Origin: Rebecca billardiae RCC1528
Lineage: Eukaryota > Protista > Haptophyta
Assembly: GCA_965240325.2 (NCBI GenBank)
Contig: OZ251252.1
Location: forward strand, 1-64,000
Length of the DNA stretch: 64,000 nt
Direction: 5' to 3'
The position numbers and the translations under genes were made by a program. Position 1 is the stretch's first letter, and each line of letters starts with the position of its first letter. Positions 24,372-36,546 of this stretch are shown here, piece by piece. A model generated the notes under the pieces. That model had not been told where the DNA came from. It saw nothing but the letters and a program-made list of their open reading frames with translations, and ran no database searches.

Positions 24372-26297
24372 TCAGAGCGCGGGCGGCGCTGTGTTGACGG
24401 TGAGGAAGACGTACGGGTAGAACTCGGCCTGCTGGCCGGGCATGTCCGCGTCGTCGCCGCCCACCATGTCGCCCGCCGCGAGGTGGCCGTAGCGCTGGTC
24501 CAGCGTCTTGCGCAGCGCCATGTCCTTGCGCGGCTTGGGCTTGAGCAGCACCGCCTCGAACGTGGGCGGCACCCCGTACCGCAGCACCGACTCGACAAAG
24601 AGGCGCACGGCCTTGAGGTGCACCATCGCGGAGTAGGCCTCGGCGAAGTTGGTCTTGCACCAGCGCAGGAACATGGCCTTCGCCTTGTCGTGCTCCGAGA
24701 TCGCCTTGGCCTTGCCCTCCTTGTCCGCCGCCACGCCCTCCTCCGAGTAGGCAAAGTCGCGCACGGTGAAGCGCTTCTCGCGCGCCGCGTTCTTGAAGTC
24801 CTCGACCACCGAGCGGAAGAGCGTGACGGTGACGAGCGCCGAGTCGCCGTCCTCGTGCACGGTGCGCGAGGAGCCGGGGACGACGAAGGAGGGCGAGGCG
24901 CCGAGGCTCGCGTAGTTCGCCGCCCAGTCCTTGAGCGCGAACTTGGGCACGACGACGAGCAGCGTGGTGAGGTGCTCGCTCTCGATGAAGTCCTCCTTCT
25001 TCACGAGCGCGTTCAGCGAGCGCACCATCAGGTTGCCCGTCTCCTTGCGCTCGATCGCCTGCTTGGCGGAGCGCGCGTTGGTGTACTCGGTCGCCTTCGT
25101 CTTCAGCTCGTCGTCCATGCGCGACAGCGCCGCGTTCAGCTGCTCCGTCAGCTCGCGCAGCGGCGACTGCGCGCGGCGGCGGGCGCGGGCGCGGCGGGCG
25201 GGCGGGCGGGCGGCGCGTCAGCGGCGTCAGCGGCGCGCGGCGCATGCGGCGCGCAGCCGGCCACGCGAGCGGGCGAGCGCCAGCGGCCGCGCGGCACGCG
25301 CCCTCGGGCGGCGGCGGCGGCGGCGGCGGCGGGCCCTCGCACGCGCCGTGCGCAGACGACGGCGCGGCCAGCAGCGCGCCGCCCGCCGCATCGGCCGCGC
25401 CGGTCGCTCCGGCCGCGCCGCCCGAGCCCGCGGCGCCGGCCGCGCCCGCAGCGGCGGCGCGAGGCGGTGCGCACCTTGACGGGGTACTTCGCCTCGTCCC
25501 ATGCGAAGCGCGTGAGGTAGTGCTCGATCGAGACAGGCCGGCCTGCGCGGGCAGCACGCCGCGCCGCCGACGCGCGCGTGAGGGCGGCGCCGCGCGCGGG
25601 GGCCGCAGGACGCGCCGCGCGCCGCGCGGCGGTGCGCTTGCGCGCGCGCGCGCACCGGTGTCGCCGACGGGGATGGTGGGCTCCTCGATCGCGCCCTGGT
25701 CCTTCTGCAGCTCGACCAGCTGGCGGTACACCTTGAACGCCGTCGCCTCGCCGAACGCGTCCGCCTTGATCAGGTCGTCCGAGAGCGCCATCAGAGAGTC
25801 GAGCGTGCCCACCTTGAAGTCCTTCGACGGCACGGCGAACTTGGAGTTCTCGGAGAGGTCGTCCTTCAGCGTGGCCATGTTCAGCTCTGCGCGCGCGCGC
25901 GGCGCCACGCCCGCGGCCGGCGGCGGAGGGGCGCGCCCTCAGACCCGGGCCCGCGCGGCTCGCTCCGGACGCGCTGTGCAGCAGCGGCCGCGCAGCCGCG
26001 CCCGCTGGGTGGCGGGCGGCGGGCGGGCGGCGGCGGAGCGCCGGGCGCCGGCGGCAGGCGGGCTGCCGACCCGTCGCGCCAGGCGCCCGCCGCGCCGCGC
26101 CGCGCCCCACCCGCCTCGCGCGCGCCGCCGATGCCTCGGCGCATCGCTGACGAGCCGCGCCGATGCGCCGATGCGGCCGGCGCGTGGCGGCGCATCGGCG
26201 GGCTCGGGCGCGCCGGGCGCGGGCGCGTACGGTTCCAGTCATCACGCGTGCTCGGCGTGGAGATGAGCCAGAAGCACGTGCCCTCCGCGGCCTCCAT
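24372..26297 (-). CDS. ATP6V1C: V-type proton ATPase subunit C
   Basis: Motifs FWLIS, FKVGTLDSLMALSDDL, YLTRFAWDEAKYP, ESEHLTTLLVVVPK, HLKAVRLFVESVLRYGVP and FYPYV. Exons 26297-26231, 25886-25656, 25542-25475 and 25166-24372 splice in frame with GT-AG introns. Confidence 0.97.
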
Positions 26298-26740
26298 GAC
26301 ACTCCCACCGGCGTTCGCGCCCGGTGCAGTGAGGCGCTGCTGTGATGGAGACTGCCGAGGCTGGGGACTCGCCGAAGCCTCGGCCCGGGCCGCACCTTTC
26401 TGCCTGCCTCACCACTGTCGGGCCCCGCGTGCAGCCAGCGCCGGACTCGGGCCTCATGATTGAGCCGGAGCGGTCCGGGCGCGAGCGTAATCAGCGCGGA
26501 TGCGCGCGCGGCGTATCAGAAACGTAAATGGCGTAAATGCTGAAAAGCCGGGATGGCGGAAATGCGCCGTCCGAATTTCGGCGCGCGCAGCGGGAGCAGG
26601 ACATGTCGGAGTTTCCGCGCGCGAATGCTGGTGTCCGCCCGCCGGCGAGCAAAGAGTCCCCAAACCATCCACGTCCGATCGAGGTGTGCGCCCGTCCACG
26701 CGCCGAGAGTGGCCGCCGAGCGCGGACACAGGCGGGCGAG

Positions 26741-27214
26741 ATGGCGCCCAAGGCCGAGCAGGCGGTCAAAGAGGCGACATACGCGGCGGAGGAGGCGCGC
26801 ACCGCCGCCAGCCCGCACGCGATCCTCGGCGCCGCCGCCGCGTCGGCCTCGTCGGGCGCGCTGCCGTCGCCAACGGTCGCGCTGGCGGTCGCGCGGCAGT
26901 GGTCGTCGGCCGTGGGGCCGACGGAGGACGGGCTCGCGGTGGAGGAGGAGATGGAGCTGATCGGCATGCGCGACCGCCTCCGGCTGGGCACGTGCTGCGT
27001 CTCCTTCGCCGTCCTCGTGCTGAGCGCGCTGCTGGTCGTGCGCGTGCACGAGGCGGGCGCGCCGCTCGGCCTCGCCGCGTTCGAGCTCGCGCTCGCCGCG
27101 CTGCTGCTCGTGTGGACGGTGCTCTGCGCGTGGGGCATGGTCATCGACACGCGCTTGCAACGCCACGGCCCACCCTCGCCCGTGCCGCGCCACGGTGGCG
27201 CGCTCGACGTGTGA
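26741..27214 (+). CDS. Small hypothetical membrane protein (2 TM)
   Basis: Intronless 157-aa ORF with GC3-biased codons and two hydrophobic segments (CCVSFAVLVLSALLVV; LAAFELALAALLLVWTVLCAWGMVI). Confidence 0.65.
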   Translation: MAPKAEQAVKEATYAAEEARTAASPHAILGAAAASASSGALPSPTVALAVARQWSSAVGPTEDGLAVEEEMELIGMRDRLRLGTCCVSFAVLVLSALLVVRVHEAGAPLGLAAFELALAALLLVWTVLCAWGMVIDTRLQRHGPPSPVPRHGGALDV

Positions 27215-27620
27215 GCGCCGCGCGCTCCGCCGGGCGCCGTGTGACCCGGACGTCGCACGACGCGTGCGCAGCTGCGAGCCCGGGGGCTCCGGCGCACACC
27301 GCCGGCCGGCGCCGCGCGGCTTTTGTGCGCCCCGCCAACGCGTGCCGCGAGGGCGCCGCCGCTCGACAGGCGCGCGCTCCGAGCCGTCCTTTCGCAGTGT
27401 CCGCACTCACCCTGACGTCATGTCGGCGTCACGCGCGCGCCCGCGTGGCGAACGAGTCTTGCCGTAATGCCGTTTGCCCCTCCTCATTTTCAATTTCAGA
27501 CTGTCTTTGCCGACGACGCCCGACGACGCCATGGCAAGGGCCTTGGCCATGGCTCGTTGGGAAACAGCTCAGTCCATAGTTTGTACAAGCCTCCTCGTCG
27601 TTACACGCCATCGTGGGGGC

Positions 27621-29317
27621 ATGAGCGCCGACGGCGGCGCGCCGCGCCTGGACTGGCGCGAGATCGTGAACGCCAAGACGCTCGCGCTCGTGCCCGACTG
27701 GTTCGCCGACATCCCGCCGTACCAGCGCGCCCGCGTGCGCTGGGCCTTCCAGGACCCGACCGGCAAGCCGAACGAGCCCAACCTCGTCGCCGACTCCAAG
27801 TACGAGGCGCTCGCGCTGCGGTACACGAGCCTGCCCAAGGGCGCGACGGAGCGGCCGCGCGGGGGGTACGGCTCGCTGGCGCACGGACTCAAGATGCTCC
27901 CCGCCGACAAGCTCGCCGCCACCGCGCCGGACGAGCAGTGGGTGCGCGCGCTCGCGGCGCGCCGCACAGCTGCGCGGCCGCTCGGCGCGCGCCGCGCCGA
28001 CGCACCGCCTCCGCCGAGTCCCTCCGCTCGCGCGCGCGCAGGTGCTCGCGTCGAGCGTGGAGAAGCGCCCCCTGCACGAGCTGTACACCAAGGACGCGCA
28101 CTCCGAGTCCCGCATCCAGCCGCCCCCCAACGGCGAGTTCATGCGGCACTGGGCGGAGGCCAACATGCTCTCAGCGTCTGCGCGCTTCTCGCTGCCGCCC
28201 GCGCCGGACCCGCCGCTGAGCGTCTCGTTCATCTCGCCCGTCTCCAAGCTGTTCGCGAGCATCCTCGCGCCCTCCGCGGTGCCTCGCCTCGAGCGGTGCG
28301 CCGCCGCCGCCGCCGCGCGCTCGCTCGGCGCTCGCCCCGCCGCGCCTCCTGCCCTCCTGCTCTCATCAGCTCGGCTCCGCGCCGCCCCGCGCCCGCCCCT
28401 GCCTGCGGCGGCCGCAGCTGGGCGTCGGGCGCGGACGGCTCGGCCAAGGCGACGGTGCACCAGCGCGACGCGTTCATGGAGGCGCTCTACTCGCTGCTCG
28501 CGACCATCGACCGCATGCACGGCCAGACCTCCTACCGCCGGTGCGCGCGCGCTGCGCTGCGCTGCGCCGCGCGCCGCCGGCCGCGCGCGCACGCGCGCGC
28601 TCACGCGGCACGCGCCGCGCCGACCGGCCGCGCGCGCGCAGCGACTTCCGCAAGCCCGAGCTGATCCGGGTGCCGTCGGCAAAGCCGCCGGTGGCGGAGT
28701 ACCGCCCGACGGCCAAGTCCGCCGTGCCGCCCGCGCAGAAGCACATGGAGCGCGTGCGGCGGCAGGAGCACGCCGCGCTGATTGCGATGGCGGAGCAGGC
28801 GATGGCGGAGGGGCGCGTGCTCGCGGGCAACGGCGGCGAGGCCGTGCGGCACGCGATCAGCGCGGCGCCGTTCAAGTCGAACGCGAAGCCGATCGGCGGC
28901 GTGCGCGTCGGCGCGCTCGAGTCCTCCGCGCAGGCCATGAACAACGCCTTCACGCTGCAGGACCGCAAAAACTACGCCGGTGCGCGCGTGCGCGCGCGCC
29001 GCCGCGGCGCCGCGCGCGGCCGCCCCCGGCTCACGCGCGCGCGCGCGCCGCCGCCGCCGTCCGCGCGCGCAGGCAAGGCGCTCGCGACGAACGCGTCGGA
29101 GTGGGCGCGCACGACCGCCTCGTTCGGCCGGATCGTCGGCGACGCGCCGTGGCACGGCGACGGCATGCCGCCGGGCTCGCTGATACCCTCGGCCGCGCGG
29201 CTGCAGACACGGCCGATCGTGCGCACGCAGCTGCAGGCGCAGGCGCTCGAGGGCGCGCGCGCGCGCAGGCCCGCGCACGCCGCGGGCAACGTGCACGGCT
29301 ACGCGCAGCCCGCGTAG
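27621..29317 (+). CDS. Hypothetical protein, 5 exons
   Basis: Exons 27621-27941, 28042-28295, 28418-28540, 28642-28979 and 29073-29317 join in frame via GT-AG introns, with strong coding codon bias. No family recognised. Confidence 0.75.
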
Positions 29318-29939
29318 CCGCGCGGAGCTGCTGCCGAGCGCGGGGCAGCAGCGGCCGGGCGGTGCCGCGGCGCAGCCACGCGGTGAAGAGCAGTAGGCGG
29401 CGCCGTCGCGTCACAGGTTAGCCGACCGAGGCGCCAGCGGCGAACAGCTAGCTGCGCCCCGGGCTGCCACTTGCCAGCACGCGGACGAATGCGGTCGCGG
29501 ATGCTGACGGCCCCGCCGCCGCCCAGCCGGACGATGATTGCGCTGCTGCGTGCTGCCGGCGCCGCGACTATACGACTGATATTATAATAGTACGTAATGG
29601 CCCGCCGGTGCAGGGCGGAGCGCGCAGCGTGGAGCCCGCTCCGTGGGCACTAACCACGTTTCCTTGAATAAAAAGATCTTATTTATTGATGATCAAAGAA
29701 AAAAGGGACCGGGGACGATTTTCAGGGCTGGAGGAGACCGAATTTCGAATTTTGAGACCGCAAAGAGACATCCATTAGCGAGCAGAAATGGGCACGTCCG
29801 GCTTGTTTGTATTCAGAGGAATCAACGAAACCCACGTCCAAGTGTGCGAGGGTGGGTAATTGTGGCGGGTAGACTGTGACCATAGTAAATAAGCACATGA
29901 CCATATAGTAAAACAAGCCTCGCTGCCGCTACTAGGCGC

Positions 29940-31165
29940 GCGCCAGACACGGAGCGCGCGCACCAGTTGCGTCGCGCTGCGCACGGCCACGGAGCATGCG
30001 CGACGAGATCGCGGCGGGGGCGGCGAGATCGCGGCGGGGGCGACGGGCAACAACCTGCCCGCGGGCGCGTTCGTCACTCGAGGAGCAGCGCGCAAGGGCG
30101 AGCCGAGTCCGGAGCACGCGAGCTCGTCGCTCGCCGCCCGGAGCAGAGCGCGCCGCTGCGAGCGAGCGGGCGCGGCAGAGCTGATGTGAGCCGGATGCGC
30201 CCGGAGCTCGCGCGGCTGAAGGGCAAGCTCGAGCACGCGAGCTCGCGCCTCGACGCCGAGCGCGAGCTCCTCCTCAACTCGGTCGACGGCGGCGCGGAGG
30301 TGCAGCAGCGTGAGGACGAGCAGGAGCATCAGTGAAACGCGCGCCGGTTCCGGGTCGCGCAGCGGTGCCCAGCTGCCTGCCACGCGAGCGGCGGCCACGT
30401 GGCGCGAGGAGCTGCGTGGGGAAATCGCCGCGCGCGTCGACGCGGCGATCACCGGGCTGCAGGCCTCGGCAATCGACGCGGTGCGCACCCTCGCCGCCAG
30501 CCGCGACGACTCCGCCGTCGAGCTGCAGCAGCTGCGCGCGCAGATGCCAGAAGTGCCGATGGGCGGCGGCGTATCAGCAGGCTGACGTGCACGAGCACGT
30601 GACACGCGGAGGCGCTAGGCGCCAAGCTGGCGAAGTGCGGCGCCGAGCTCGACGAGCTGAGCGACGCGGCAACGGACGCGCTGGGCGCCCGCGCCGCCAT
30701 CGTCGCGGCGCCCTCCAGCAGCTCGAGCAGCTGTGGATAGTTGGCCGTCGAGGCGACCGCGGGTGTGACTCACAGTGTGAGTGAGCCGGCGCGCGGCTCA
30801 GCCTGCCGCTGGCAGCCGCCGTCTTCGAGGCCGACGCGGCGGAGGAGGCGGCGGGCGAGCACGGCGGCGCGGTGGAGCAGGCGCGCACGCGCGGCGGCAG
30901 GCGCGACGCGCCGCTCGCCTCGTTCCACCGCCCCGAGCTCCGCTCGGTCGGTCTCGGTGCGAGGCTGCGCAGCCCGGCAGGCCTGAGGCCGGGGCCAGCA
31001 GTGGCGCGCGCTCTCGCTCTGCCGGCACGAGCGACCAGCGGCCCGTCGTCGAGCGCATGGCGCAGGGCGAGTACCTCAAGCAGGTGCGCCCGCTCGCGCG
31101 CACGCGCCGGCTCGCGCCGCGCCAGCGCCTCTCGTCCTGCCTGCGCGCGCGCGCCTGCCGCTAGT
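29940..31165 (+). pseudogene. Fragmented coiled-coil gene remnant, possibly TE cargo
   Basis: Coding-like pieces in shifting frames (RPELARLKGKLEHASSRLDAERELL; WREELRGEIAARVDAAITGLQ; RPVVERMAQGEYLKQ followed by gtgcgc donor-like sequence). Flanked by an AT-rich block (29645-29920) and a GGGCCGCG|ATAT-type end at 31356. Confidence 0.45.
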
Positions 31166-31356
31166 CCCCGCGGCGGCCCGCGGACCCGCGGCGACAGTCC
31201 TCGGCCCGCCGGCCCGGTGGGCGGCAGTGACTGAGTTGGCGGTGGCAGCTCAGGCGAACTGTTACACATGTCAGACTGAGACAGCAGCCGACGGAGGGTG
31301 CGCCGCGGGCCCCGAACTACGTTCGTTCTACGGAAAAAGACCGCGGAACGCGGCCC

Positions 31357-31390
<34 letters not shown>

Positions 31391-31591
31391 TCGCCCGGCC
31401 GCATCATCAGGATCAGCTGTCACATCGGCTCCAGAGTCCAGCCGCCACCGAGCCCGACAGGTGTCAGGCCGACCGAGCGGCTCAGCCGCTCAGCGGGCGC
31501 GCCTCAGCACCGAGCAGCACGCCGTCACTCAGACACTGACAGTGACAGTGACACTGTCGACGGCGTCCCGGAGTGTCAGTGACCCTGATGG

Positions 31592-32589
31592 GCGGGGGGA
31601 TGCATTCAGACGAACCCCTGGGAGCCAGAGGGCGATGAGGGTACCAATCGAAAGATCTCCGGGGCGGCGGACGAAGTAACGTAGTCCTCATCGAAGTAAT
31701 CGACGTCTTCTCGCGCCTCGACGTGTTTGAACGCGTCGTCACACTCACAGTCGAACACGGAGGACTCCATCGTGCTGAACTTTTTTTTGGCCTCCCGGAC
31801 CGGTCTCCCGCACGATGGAGTTCCGCGGAGCGGGCGAGGAGATGAGACGTCTTGGAGGCCTTGATCCGGGCGCATCCGCTGGTTGGCCGCGGCACCCTGT
31901 CGCGCGCGCGCCCCGGGTGCACCTTCGTGCACTGAGAGTCACCGATGGGCGAGAAGCTGCTCGTCGACTCGAGCAAGCTGCGCGCTGTCCACGTCGAGCT
32001 GCTCGCGCCGGCGGCCGCGCCTTGAGCTCGCGGCGGTGCGGGCGTGCGCGTGAGCTTGTCGGCGTCGAGCTGCTCGCGCCCCGGCCCGCGCCGTCAGCTC
32101 GTACTGGCACGGGCATGCGCACGAGCTCGTGCTTGGCTGCAGCTCCTCAGAGGACTGCCACAGCTGGCTGGCTCAGAGCTTGTTCGCGAGAGCGCCACGA
32201 GGTGCGGCGGCCTGCGCCGCAGTGCCAGTGGTCAATGCGTTGCTCGATCCTGCACTGCACTACGTCTTGACTCGCGAGGGAGGCGCCGATCTCGGGGCTG
32301 TGCGCAATGCGTCATGGCCGCTCGGAGCAGAGCCGACGCCGCACGACGCAGCCCTCAGCCAACACCAGCGACGAACGCCGGCGGCGATCTGCTACGGTAT
32401 GCGCCTATGCACTGCCAATGACTGAAATTTCTGGCGAGTTAGGGGCCTTATGCCCCTTATTATTAACTACTACGGCCCGCCATTTGAGGCCGCGCGTATT
32501 TAATATTATTTGGTCCTTATTCGATCCGCTGGGGGGAGCCCCCCCCCCCCCAGACCCCCCCAGAGAGTCTGATTAGAATGCACCCCTGC
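31592..32589. mobile_element. Possible old hAT-like non-autonomous element
   Basis: The right end reads CAGGGGTGCATTC on the minus strand; a degenerate partner GGGGGATGCATTC lies at ~31593. The 8-bp flanks are only partly alike. Confidence 0.3.
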
Positions 32590-32739
32590 TTGACGCCCCC
32601 GACAGTGACCGGAGCCCATCATATATGCTGTATATGTATCGCGCGAGGTCATCACTTCACTGCGCTTATCGTCGTAGTAGTCTGTGCGCCGGCTGCGGCG
32701 CCCTGCGCTGTCGTCACGAATCGAGCGCAGTCATCGTCG

Positions 32740-33984
32740 TCATTGAAAGAAAAGAGAGCCGGCATCCGCCGACTTGGGGTGGCACTTGGGGTGGGAGAAG
32801 ACCGCGTCGATCGGCTCCGCACGTGCGACCTCCCACCACGCGGATGTGTTCAGCCGCGCGTCCAGCCCAACCACCGTGCGGTCGATGCAGCCGAGCACCG
32901 ACCTCCACGCCGCGACGCACTGCGCCGCCTGCGCCGTCGAGAGGACCGTCTCGCCCGTGTGCGCCATGGCCTCGAGCGCGTCCGCCCCCTCGCGGAGGTA
33001 GACGTAGCGCTTCGCGACTGCCTTCCCCGTCTTCTGCCACAGCGCCCCCGCCGGGTCCGCGCGCAGCCTGTGCGCCCACCCCTCGCAGCCGAACACGCTG
33101 TAGGGCTTGGACGCGCAGTGCGGCAGGCACCAGCGCGGCCGAGGCGCGGAGCCGGGCGGGCGCTGCAGCGGCAGGTTGGCGCCGAGCGCAAACTTGACGC
33201 GCATCATGTAGAAGAAGAAGCCCTGGTCGAGCGGGGCGTCGAAGAAGCGCCAGTCGTTGCGCTTGAGCAGCGCCCACGACGTCGTCCCCCTTTCTGCCCG
33301 CCACACGTCGTCCGCCTTGGGCATCACGTCGCGCGGCCGCCCCCTCCGCTCCCAGCCGTGTGTCTGGTTGTAGTCGGCGTCTGCGCCCTCCAGCACGCGG
33401 ATGCCCGCCTCGTACAGCGCGCGGTCGGGGCGGAAGAGGAGCCAGCCGCCGTTGAGCGGCGAGCTGCTGTCCGGCTCCGACACCAGGCGGAGGTTGCGCG
33501 CGCGCATCCGCTCCATCAGCAGCCGCCACTCCTCCGCGACGAGGCGGGGCCAGCGCGCCAGCCTGGGCGTGAGCGGCAGCATGTCCATGTCGACGTAGCA
33601 CACGTACTCCGCGTCGAGCACGCGCATCGCCGCCCACTTGTACAGGCAGCGCGCGTGCACGCGCACCTTGGGGTGCGCGTACGCGGCCGGCGCGTGCGCG
33701 ACGCCCTTCTCCAGCGCGGGGTCGCGCCTGGGGTGCGCGCGGACCACGACGCCGTTCGGGGCGACGCTCGTGCCCTCCGGGAGGCAGTTGGTGAGCAGGT
33801 CGAGCGCGCCGCGCCGGCCCTGCGCCTTGGTGACGATCGACACCAGCTCCGACGCGCGCTCCACCCAGACGCCCATCGGGCATGCGACGCACACCGCGGC
33901 GCAGGCCTCCTGCCGCTCGTAGTAGCCGAGCAGGGCGAGCGAGAGGAGAAACGTGCGGCGCTCGCCCGCGCTGCCGGCCGGCAT
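32740..33984 (-). CDS. Glycosyltransferase family 8-like (GT-A fold)
   Basis: LYKW...AEYVCYVDMDML (DxD motif), PLNGGWLLFRPD..LY and DQGFF follow the GT8 motif order. Intronless; start codon uncertain. Confidence 0.8.
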   Translation of the reverse strand: MPAGSAGERRTFLLSLALLGYYERQEACAAVCVACPMGVWVERASELVSIVTKAQGRRGALDLLTNCLPEGTSVAPNGVVVRAHPRRDPALEKGVAHAPAAYAHPKVRVHARCLYKWAAMRVLDAEYVCYVDMDMLPLTPRLARWPRLVAEEWRLLMERMRARNLRLVSEPDSSSPLNGGWLLFRPDRALYEAGIRVLEGADADYNQTHGWERRGRPRDVMPKADDVWRAERGTTSWALLKRNDWRFFDAPLDQGFFFYMMRVKFALGANLPLQRPPGSAPRPRWCLPHCASKPYSVFGCEGWAHRLRADPAGALWQKTGKAVAKRYVYLREGADALEAMAHTGETVLSTAQAAQCVAAWRSVLGCIDRTVVGLDARLNTSAWWEVARAEPIDAVFSHPKCHPKSADAGSLFFQ

Positions 33985-34224
33985 CGCGTGGGGGCGGTCG
34001 GCCGCCGAGCGAATGACGAGTGGGCCCTCGCCCGGACGGTCGCGGACGAGCAGCCCCCCCCAGGTACCCCGCTTGGCCGTGCGTCCCCAACGCGACCACG
34101 AGCCAGCGAGTTGCGCCCTTGCTCACCCGATCCTGCATCATTGAGCATGCGCCATGCAGATTGAAGATCCGGCTCCGTGCCAAGGCCCTGGTCAGAATCC
34201 GCCGCGCGCACGAAATCTTCCTCG

Positions 34225-36546
34225 ATGGCGGCCGCGGCGAGGCCGCCGCCGCCGCCGCATCCTCGTCGCGGCCGCCGGGCTAACCCGCCGGCCCGGCCGC
34301 GCGCGTGGGCTGCGCTCGCGCGCGCGGCGCTGCTCCTCGCGCCGCCGCTCCTCCTCGCGCCGCGCGCCGCCGCCGCCCCCGCCGAGCGCGAGCGCGGCCC
34401 GCCGGTGAGCGCCGAGCTCAAGCGGCGGCGCCGCGCGGCGATGACGGCGCCGCCCGAGGCGGCGGGGCTGAACGCGGCGCCGCGCTCGGCGGGGTGGGCG
34501 CTGCTACGCGACGCGCGGCCCTCCGCGCTGCCCCGCCCCTCCGCCGCCGAGCTCCACGCCGCCGCCACGCTCCGGCGCCGCATCCTGGTGGGCGAGTTCT
34601 TCCGCAAGCGCGACCCGTGGCAGCGCCCGCCCGGCTTCGTCGAGACGTACGCGCACCTGAACGCGTCGTGCACGGCGTGCTTCGAGGGGGCGTACCGCGC
34701 GTCGCTCGTGGCGGCGCCGCTCGCCCCCGCCCTCGGCGTGCCCACCCCGCTGCTCGACGACGCGCCGCTGGCCGCGTGGCGGTGCGCGGGCCGCGCGCTC
34801 GAGAGGCCGCGCAAGCGCGCGCTGCGCGGCCTCACGTGCCCCGGCGCGTGCCGCTTCCCGGAGGACTCGAAGTGGACGGCGCGCCGGCGCTTCGGCATGT
34901 ACGGCTCCGTGCTGCGCCGCGGCGCCACCGGCGCCGACGCCGAGGCGGGCGGCTCCACCTTCCGGCTGTGGCTGGGCGAGCGGCAGAGCTGGTACGCAGA
35001 GTCGGAGGACGGCGTGGGCTGGGCGCCGCCCACGCCGCTGCGCCGGCTGCCGGGCGCGCGCGTGGGCGAGGCGTTCGACAACGTGTGCGTGACGCGCGAC
35101 CTCCGCCCCGGCGCGCCGCGCCGGCTGCTCCTCGGCTACAGCTGCGGCAACAAGGGCGGCGGCGAGTCGCTCTGCGTCGCCGCCTCGGCGGACGCGCTCG
35201 AGGGCTTGCGCTGGGCGCCCGCGGGGAGGCGGCGCTGGGGTGCGGAGGCGAAGATCACGGCGACGGTGCACACGCAGCCGTGCGCCGAGCTCGCGGCGTG
35301 CTGCGGCCCGCACTGCGCGTACGCCGCCGACGCGCAGAACTGCGTCCGCTGGGACGCCACCGCGGCCGCGTACCGGCTGAGCAAGCGCGCGCCCCTCTCG
35401 CTGCCGCGCGCGGACGCGCTCTGGGCGCGGCACCACGGCTGGCGCGCGGTGCGCGCCGTGCTCACGCTGCAGGCGGGCTCGCTCGACCGCGCGCCGCGCG
35501 GCTGGGCGCCCGTGCGCGAGCCGTGGTACTTCGACAGGCTGGGCAAGGCCGAGCTCCTGCAGCGCCAGCCCTACTCGCTGTCGGTCGCGCCCGCGCCCGC
35601 GTCGTGGGGCACGCACGCGCTCGGCGCGCGCGGCAACGGCTCGGGCGCGGCGGGCGTGGGCGGCGGGCTGCAGCTCGGGCTGCTGAGCGTGCTGCACTGG
35701 CCCAAGCACCTCGCCGGCGCGCGGCAGCACGCGCCCATCCCGCACGCGTACGACTGGGTGGGCGCCTACCTGCTGCCCTCCCGAGACGGCTCCGCGTTCG
35801 GCCTCGAGTGGGTGTACGCGCACGAGCGCGGGCTGCTCGTGCCCCGGGGCGGCTGCGCGCCCAACGCGAGCAGTCGCGCGGAGTGCGCGCCCGACCACGC
35901 GTACGTGCAGCCCGCCTCCGAGCTGCTCGACGTGGTCGCCTCCACGCGCGACGGCCGCGCGCTGCCGGGCAGCGCCGCGCCCGACCCGAACGCGCCCCCG
36001 CCGGGCACGCGCGCCGAGCACTGGCTTTACTACGAGGGCAGGCCCACGCCGCACGAGCGCCGCTTCCACGCGCCCGCCACGCTGCTGCTCGCGCGCTGGG
36101 CGCGGCACCGCATCGCCGGGCTCGCGCGCGACGCGGGCGGCGCGTGCAACGCCTCGGCGTGCGCCGCGCTGCGCACCAAGCCGTTCGCGCTGCCGGCCGG
36201 CGCGCGCGGCCTCGCGCTCAACGTCGACACGCGCGACGAACGGCCCGCGGACGCGGCGGACACGGCGGGCGCGGAGGCGCGCGGCGGCGGCGGCAGCGTG
36301 CGCGCCGTGCTGTTCGAGCTGCCGCACGCCGGCGCGGCCGCCGGCGCGGAGGACGGGCCGCCCGCGGCCGCCCGCCGCTGGGCCTCGCGCCCGCTCACGC
36401 GCGTCGACTCGGCGGCGGCGACCGTGCGCTGGGCGCGCGCGCCGCGCGGCGCCAAGGACCTCTCGGACGTGCGCAGCGCCGCGGTGCAGCTCGAGCTCAC
36501 GCTGTGCGGCCGCGCGCGGCTGTACGCGTTCGCGCTCACGCGCTGA
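34225..36546 (+). CDS. Secreted or membrane-anchored five-bladed beta-propeller glycoside-hydrolase-like protein (GH32/43/130-like)
   Basis: Hydrophobic N-terminal segment. Asp-box-like YAESEDGVGW and SRDG..F, HWLYYEG, and a C-terminal LRTKPF...LALNVD...GSVRA...RLYAF pattern recalling bacterial propeller-plus-sandwich hypothetical hydrolases. Intronless, 773 aa. Confidence 0.7.
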   Translation: MAAAARPPPPPHPRRGRRANPPARPRAWAALARAALLLAPPLLLAPRAAAAPAERERGPPVSAELKRRRRAAMTAPPEAAGLNAAPRSAGWALLRDARPSALPRPSAAELHAAATLRRRILVGEFFRKRDPWQRPPGFVETYAHLNASCTACFEGAYRASLVAAPLAPALGVPTPLLDDAPLAAWRCAGRALERPRKRALRGLTCPGACRFPEDSKWTARRRFGMYGSVLRRGATGADAEAGGSTFRLWLGERQSWYAESEDGVGWAPPTPLRRLPGARVGEAFDNVCVTRDLRPGAPRRLLLGYSCGNKGGGESLCVAASADALEGLRWAPAGRRRWGAEAKITATVHTQPCAELAACCGPHCAYAADAQNCVRWDATAAAYRLSKRAPLSLPRADALWARHHGWRAVRAVLTLQAGSLDRAPRGWAPVREPWYFDRLGKAELLQRQPYSLSVAPAPASWGTHALGARGNGSGAAGVGGGLQLGLLSVLHWPKHLAGARQHAPIPHAYDWVGAYLLPSRDGSAFGLEWVYAHERGLLVPRGGCAPNASSRAECAPDHAYVQPASELLDVVASTRDGRALPGSAAPDPNAPPPGTRAEHWLYYEGRPTPHERRFHAPATLLLARWARHRIAGLARDAGGACNASACAALRTKPFALPAGARGLALNVDTRDERPADAADTAGAEARGGGGSVRAVLFELPHAGAAAGAEDGPPAAARRWASRPLTRVDSAAATVRWARAPRGAKDLSDVRSAAVQLELTLCGRARLYAFALTR

